Shown here: piece after piece, positions 58,263-64,000 of the stretch
Numbering within the stretch: the stretch's first letter is position 1
Layout of the letters: the number at the start of each line of letters is the position of its first letter
DNA from: Lama glama
Taxonomy: Eukaryota
Reading direction: 5' to 3'
DNA length: 64,000 nucleotides
NCBI GenBank assembly: GCA_028534125.1
Contig: CM052817.1
Span: 7,380,001-7,444,000, forward strand
Notes under the pieces: model-generated
The model's database searches: none
What the model saw: only the letters and a program-made list of their open reading frames with translations
What the model was told of the DNA's origin: nothing
Position numbers and translations under genes: made by a program

Positions 58263-59454
58263 AAATGTATCAGTAATATGAATATTTGATTGGAAAAGAA
58301 TCAAATGAAATATATTAGAAAGTTCTTCTATTAGACTTTAAAACAATAGATTTTGAGTCTTGTGTTTATGTAATATTTATGAAAAAAAAGGTCTTTTTTT
58401 TTTTTTTTACTAATGTAAAAACAGACTTATTTATTTTCTAAATTGATTCATTTGCTGGGTGAATTGTCTTACTGTTTTGCCTTTTCATTGATCCAACATA
58501 GCAAACTTCGCAGGCAGATGCTATGAAGTATAATTCTCTTATATCCCCTCAAAGTGACTAGCACAGATCAAGGAGAAGAGGAATTTCATAATGTAAACTT
58601 AGTGACTGACAATTGATGCAATCTTGGCGACTTTTTACATTCTGAGTCTGTTTCAGGACTTTAAGCCAATCTATTTGGAGATGATATAAAGATGGAAAGA
58701 AGCCCAAGTATGTTCAATAACAGACTGATAGCTAAAACTTATATCAGCACCATGTAAAGATGATTTGAATATAGAATGGATTTTAGAAGAAAAGATGAGA
58801 AACAAACAAGTTCCAGAATGTGGGTTCAAAAACCAAACTGATGGAATAACCTAAGAGAAAAAACAAGAATTAGTTCTTATAATTGGAAAATGACTTCAAG
58901 TGCAAGTTGGCATCAAGCACGTGGTTACCAGCTTGCTTAAGCTGTCAGACAAACCTGAGTGTGAATCTGAGTTATCTCTTAGCCAAGTTACTAAATTTTC
59001 TAAGCTACAATTTCTAAGAACTCTTTTAAAAATAGTCATCCTTTCTTCAATTCTTCTTCATCCCAATTATTTCTAATTTTTTTCCTTTTACTATGGCTGT
59101 AAACTATATGTCAACTCTCCCAGTCTGTATCTTTTTCACTTTGTGCTTCATTTTGGGTAATTTTCTCTGACTTACCATCTAATTTATAAATATGATCTCC
59201 AGCTCTATTTAGTCAAATTTTAGTCTATCTCGGAGGCTTTCTTCTGCCTATTCTGAGGGCTGGTCATCTCTGAACATTTCAGGAAACACTTTATTATGTA
59301 AAGTGAGAGGTTTGGAGTGGGTCTGACCTGGGTTTCAACCACAAATATATTATCCTGCAGCAACACGTCTGTGGACTTCAGGAAATCTTCAGGGTTTATT
59401 TTTCCTTATCCGAATGTGAGGAAAATAGTACTTGACACACAGAGCTGTGGTTAG

Positions 59455-59860
59455 AGTTGGATTAATCCAGATTCTCCAAGATGCAGCTGCCAGACTAGAG
59501 TAAATGTCCAAGGATTTAATAGGTGGGCACCTGTAAGAGAGAACAGGGAGCTGTAACCGCTGGACAGGACAGGTTATTGGCAGCAGCAGCGTGTCATACA
59601 GTCTACAGGAGTTTCAGCCAGGCCGCTGCAGGGAGGCCTCAAGTCACAGTCAGCCACAGTCAGCCATCAGTTGATACCCATGTATCCAGAACTGTATCCT
59701 CTCCTTAGCATCCCTGCCCCACTCATTCATTGGCTGAGAACGTGGTCGTGGGAAGGGTGGCCTCCCTGCAAATGGGACAAGACTTCAGAGCACAGCACTG
59801 GCCTTTGTTCCATTAAGCTCCATATTGTTGATGGTCTTCAAGTCATATTTTCATGGTTGT
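59455..59860 (-). mobile_element. Ancient ERVL LTR (LTR33/LTR16-like) inserted in a MIR (~59300-59450 and ~59860-59945)
   Basis: cagattctccaagatgcagctgccagactagagtaaatgtccaaggatttaataggtgggcacctgt...actcattcattggctgaga. Confidence 0.5.
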
Positions 59861-61784
59861 GATAATGTGAAATAATGCTATACAGTAAGTGCTTCCTATT
59901 GGGAGCCTACGAAGGGCCCGACACAGCACATCCTACTTAGTAAATGACCAGTGAGTGGTCACTGTTCTTACTATTTCTGGATCTGCACAATTAGGACACG
60001 ATGTTGGAGTGTGGCGACTCTGTCCACTGCTGAGCCCGATGCGCCCATCAAAGCCACAAATCAGCCTCTAGTTAGCATCTAACTGGGGCATTCCACAGAT
60101 GTCAATAAAACTCAGCCACTGGGGTTAAAATGTTAAATGGAGTTAGGATGTTTAAATGGAAAAAGTTAGAGCCCTTAAGAATGGAAGCAGCAAGGAAGTT
60201 CCAGGCAGGCACGGAGAAAGAACCTTCAGAAAAGGCCGATAGCAATATGGAGAGACTGGTGATTCAGAGCATTTCCATAGAAAACATGCTGCTGCTGACC
60301 CACTTCCACTGAACACGGGAGGCGGACCTCTGGGAAAGGCGTTTGCAGCAGGCGTCTGAGTTTCCAAAACAAAAAAGGAAACAGCGGGCATTTCAGACTC
60401 CTCAGTGCCGAACTCTTGTCCTCCACGTCAAGGAAGGCGTGTTACCAACCAAGGAGGCAGTGCGTCTGGGAAAGAAAACTCAGTACGCTAGGAAACACAC
60501 AGGATGGAGATGCCCAAGGCTTCTGTTCAGCTGTGGTTCCGTCCTCACTGCCTCCGTGGCTTGGAGCAAGTCGCCTCCCTCTGACACTGTTTTCTCATTT
60601 TTACAATGGATGTTAGCACGACTTGTGCTTTGAGGCCAAGTTCTGGTTCTCCAATCAGAAAAAAGCGCTACGACTTTGCCCGAGGAAATCACTAAAGCTG
60701 ACAGACGATGAAGATGCCTGATCCAAAAGCTGTGTTATCCCTTCCAGCTCTCTGCCTCTTGTTTTACTCCTGGGGGGAGAAGGACAACGACGGCCATCCA
60801 TCAAAGGTGAGAGTCGTGGAACAGCTAATTGGTTTTGAATTTAGTCTCATCAGGGGGTCAAGAAAAATTTGGATCAGAGCTGCCAGTTTTGAGTTCGTCC
60901 TTAACTTATTGTCGTTGGCAAAAAGAAGAGATGAGATACATTTTTCGAAAGTCGAAGAGAAAATGATCTCCCAGGTACCTAATTTGCATGTTAGAAATAA
61001 TCCTTGACTATCAAGGTTCATGAAAGTTGGAGTTGGGACCAAAAGTGATAGTCAGTTCTCAGATAACAAAGGGATGAAAGGGAACGTGGACACAGATAAA
61101 CCGAAGCTGTAGCACAGAGGGTACTGCTGAGACGACAAAGCTGGCGCCACCAGACCCGATCTTATTTTTGGTGACTCTGCCCTGCCCACCCACTGTGGGT
61201 GCAATTGTCTTATTCCTTTCTCTTTTCTAAGGAACTTCCAATGTCATACTTGTCATCTATGCTCACAAAGCTTAAAGAAGAGAAAACATATGGAGAAATC
61301 CAAGCCACTGAAGGCCTCTGTACTTACCTTTGACCTGATCCTTACCAGCTGAACTGCCAACCTCTTCCTCCAAAAGCCCAGTCATCTAGAAAAGTCAGGC
61401 CACACATCTATTCATTCCTGTACACCAGACCCAGACTGAGTCAGTCAACTTAAAGTAGCATTGAGGTGAAGCAATGTAGGAGGAACTGTGTGTTGAAGTT
61501 AGAGTAGAAATTAAAGATTGCTTAATAATGAGTTCCCCATGCCCTTAAATGTGAAGGACACTTCTGTTAACCACATAGAATTTGCAAACCCATCAACCTG
61601 ACACTGGATAAATGACACTTGTATACTTATATTAGACATTACTGGAGTCACTAATCACAGGCCCTAAGAGCTTTGCAGTGGTTATGTATCTGCCCTAGAG
61701 TTCAGGGCTCAGTGAGAGCTGGAGTCCCACAGCACTCATAACGTTCTTGATCTGAGGAAGATCCCTCATCCCACCTCAGTTGAG

Positions 61785-61990
61785 TTCAATTCAACACATA
61801 TTCCGTAAACACATTTTATGTATCGGGCACTGAGATAGATGCTGAACATACAGTGGTGACTAAGCGAGGGTCCCACTGGCTCATAGACTAGTGAGGGAAG
61901 TAGCTGTAATAGATTATTTTGGTTTAGCATTATGAGCTCAGTGATAAAGATAAGCATTGGAGGCTATGAAATTAGTGGGCAGTGGATGCC
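61785..61990 (-). mobile_element. L2 3' end fragment
   Basis: ttcaattcaacacatatt...gggcactgagatagatgctgaacatacagtggtgactaag. Confidence 0.6.
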
Positions 61991-63224
61991 CTAAATGGGG
62001 AATCTCTTCCTTCTTCATTCATAAAAGAGGCACCATTGTCTGTTCAACAATATCTCTGAGAAGCCATAAAACTTAATAAATTTTAAATTGAATTTAAGTT
62101 TGAAGTTCAAGTAATGTCTCCAGCATGATGACTTCTAGAAACAGTAGTGAGATTTCTCTCTGTTTCAGCATACAATGCTAATTATCTCTTGAAGTCTTTT
62201 AGCTTAATGAGACAAACTCTATTGACTTGGTCTCCCTGGAATTATATGTCTTAGTTACTGAATCCTTATGTTAGATAATGTTCTTCATTGGAGCACTACT
62301 CGTTCTCACCGGGAGTCAAGTCACAGAGAATGAAATGACTTCTGAAGCTAGGAGTGGAGGTGAGGGGAGAGACTGAGAGGCAAGGAGACAAAAACAGAGA
62401 CAGAATGAGATCTTATGTCAGCCAGAGGATCAGAGGATGAGTCAGGAGGTGATGAATATCAAGGAAGTTTGCTAGTTACATTTCCTTTCTCTTAAAGCGA
62501 GGCAGTGTCTGTGAGTGGCCAGGTCAGAGCTCTCTTTGCTGCCTGGACTAGTGATGGAAACTGAGTAGAGAACTCCCGGGTGGAAAGTTAGCCCTCCCAG
62601 CCAGGAGGTGAGTGGTCACCTTGATTCCCTCCACAAGGATGACTGATACTGTATTACCCCCCACCATTCATGATCAGAGATGAAAAAGAAACATGGATGG
62701 CAACACTTGGATGTGCCTAGCGGATCCTTAGAGATTTTTTATCAAGCATGCATTTAGAAAAAACAACATGCCAGGAATGAAGAGAACATGTCAGGGAGCA
62801 TGATGAGAGTTTGTGAACCAAGCTAATAGATTGCTCTATTTAAAAAAAAATGAAATATCTAATAAGTGGGAGGGAACAATGAAACAAGAGATACCAGGGA
62901 TCATCCATAGACAAGGCAAATACGGAAAAATCAAGAGCTGACTTTAGTTCTTAAATCACATGATTAGTGGCAACTTTCTTTTCCTCTGGTTCAACAATAC
63001 CTCTTCTCCATCCCCAGTAGCTGAGAGTGAGGGGTTATGTCTTCTCTGCAGTTTGTAATTCTCTTTTACCCCTCAAAAATCATGACATTTAATTTCACCC
63101 TTCTGCATCCTGCTAGGATACAAACACGTGTCAAAGATGATCCATGGCCCCAGATTTCTGATGACCATTAGCTGGTTCTCTCACTATGACCAGTAGAAAT
63201 AATCTACTTTACTTCTTTAGTAAA

Positions 63225-63420
63225 TATGTCCTAGATGCCTGACATAGTTTTTTTTTTTTTTAATATCCATGACTCCTTGAGGTTATTCCAATTGCCCCTG
63301 CTTTATAGATAAGACAACTGAGTGTCAGAGAGGTTGACTCACTTATAAAGATTCAAACCACTTGGGTAAATTGGAAACCCTGAATTGGAACCAAGGGCTG
63401 CTTGGGATTGGAGCTCAATC
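63225..63420 (-). mobile_element. MIR fragment
   Basis: ctttatagataagacaactgagtgtcagagaggttgactcactt...aattggaaccaagg. Confidence 0.6.
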
Positions 63421-63734
63421 TCCTCTTTTTTCCTCCTGCTGCCTCCGCATAATCCCATCATCAAGAAGTCATAGTGGTGCCTTCCTGCCTTGCACTGCAT
63501 TCTCAGGAGGCTCACCAGTCCCTCACACTGAAGCCATCTGCTTTTAATCTTCTGATTTGGAAGGATCGAAGGTACACTTCTGAATTTCTCAGTTGGGTAC
63601 TTCCATCCTTGTCTATCCTGTGCTGAATGCTCTGATCTATCCTTCCTCCCTCCCTTTAGTGAACACCGTCAGCCATCTGTCTGTGTCCCCTCCCCTCCCC
63701 TCACCAGCTGATCAGCCCCCCAGCATGCTAAAGC

Positions 63735-63882
63735 CTGTTTATTCTCAGCAGCATTCGCACCTCCTGGGAACTTGTCATAAATGCAAATTCGCAGGCCAAT
63801 CCCACACCTCCCACATCAGAAATTCTGGAAATGGGGACCTCCAGGTGCTTCTGATGCATGTTCAAGTTTGAGAATCACCACC
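63735..63882. mobile_element. MER5A-like hAT element
   Basis: cacctcctgggaacttgtcataaatgcaaattc...catcagaaattctgg...ccaggtgcttctgatgcatgttcaagtttgagaatcac. Confidence 0.8.
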
Positions 63883-64000
63883 ATAGTCTAGTAATGTGGA
63901 CATCACACAGACGCACCCACACACTGTTTAGCTGTGTAAGAACACTTAATGGACCCTCTTTCTTTTAAATCTGTGAAATGATACAACATTTTCAAAAATA

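Noticed and set aside
1586..62170. Scattered strong splice-acceptor-like tracts (for example ending at about 1605, 31528, 34562, 41576 and 62168)
   Set aside because: I could not link them into exons with a consistent open frame; such tracts are common in AT-rich DNA.
1..64000. CRISPR array, operon or other prokaryotic or viral defence system
   Set aside because: No regularly spaced repeat-spacer array or gene-dense coding DNA; the sequence is mammalian and repeat-rich.

Overview
AT-rich, repeat-dense mammalian genomic DNA, intergenic or deep intronic. It is most likely from a camelid (alpaca, vicuna or camel), judged from two tRNA-Ala-derived Vic-1-type SINEs and cetartiodactyl-type L1 3' ends. 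I find no credible protein-coding gene, RNA gene or prokaryotic system. The ORF track consists of chance ORFs, ORFs read through a 500-N gap (15946-16445), and decayed L1 ORF2 pieces. The window is mostly ancient eutherian repeats (L2, MIR, MLT1/MLT2, MER20, MER58A, MER5, MER31, L1M) plus younger L1, SINE and ERV1-type solo LTRs. The most unusual structure is at 20440-23642, where one ~0.4 kb MLT1 LTR has been expanded to 3.2 kb by five solo LTRs and one L1 tail, including an inverted same-family LTR pair about 100 bp apart; it sits in a wider LTR hotspot at 17.5-23.5 kb. Also notable are an L1 flanked by a diverged ~260-280 bp direct duplication resembling a giant target-site duplication (28791-31250), an LTR with a duplicated 5' terminus and an internal polypurine tract (18939-19728), and an orphan L1 5'UTR at a probable deletion junction (50349-51985). 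Repeat family names come from my recall of consensus sequences, not from a database search, and boundaries of old repeats are approximate.
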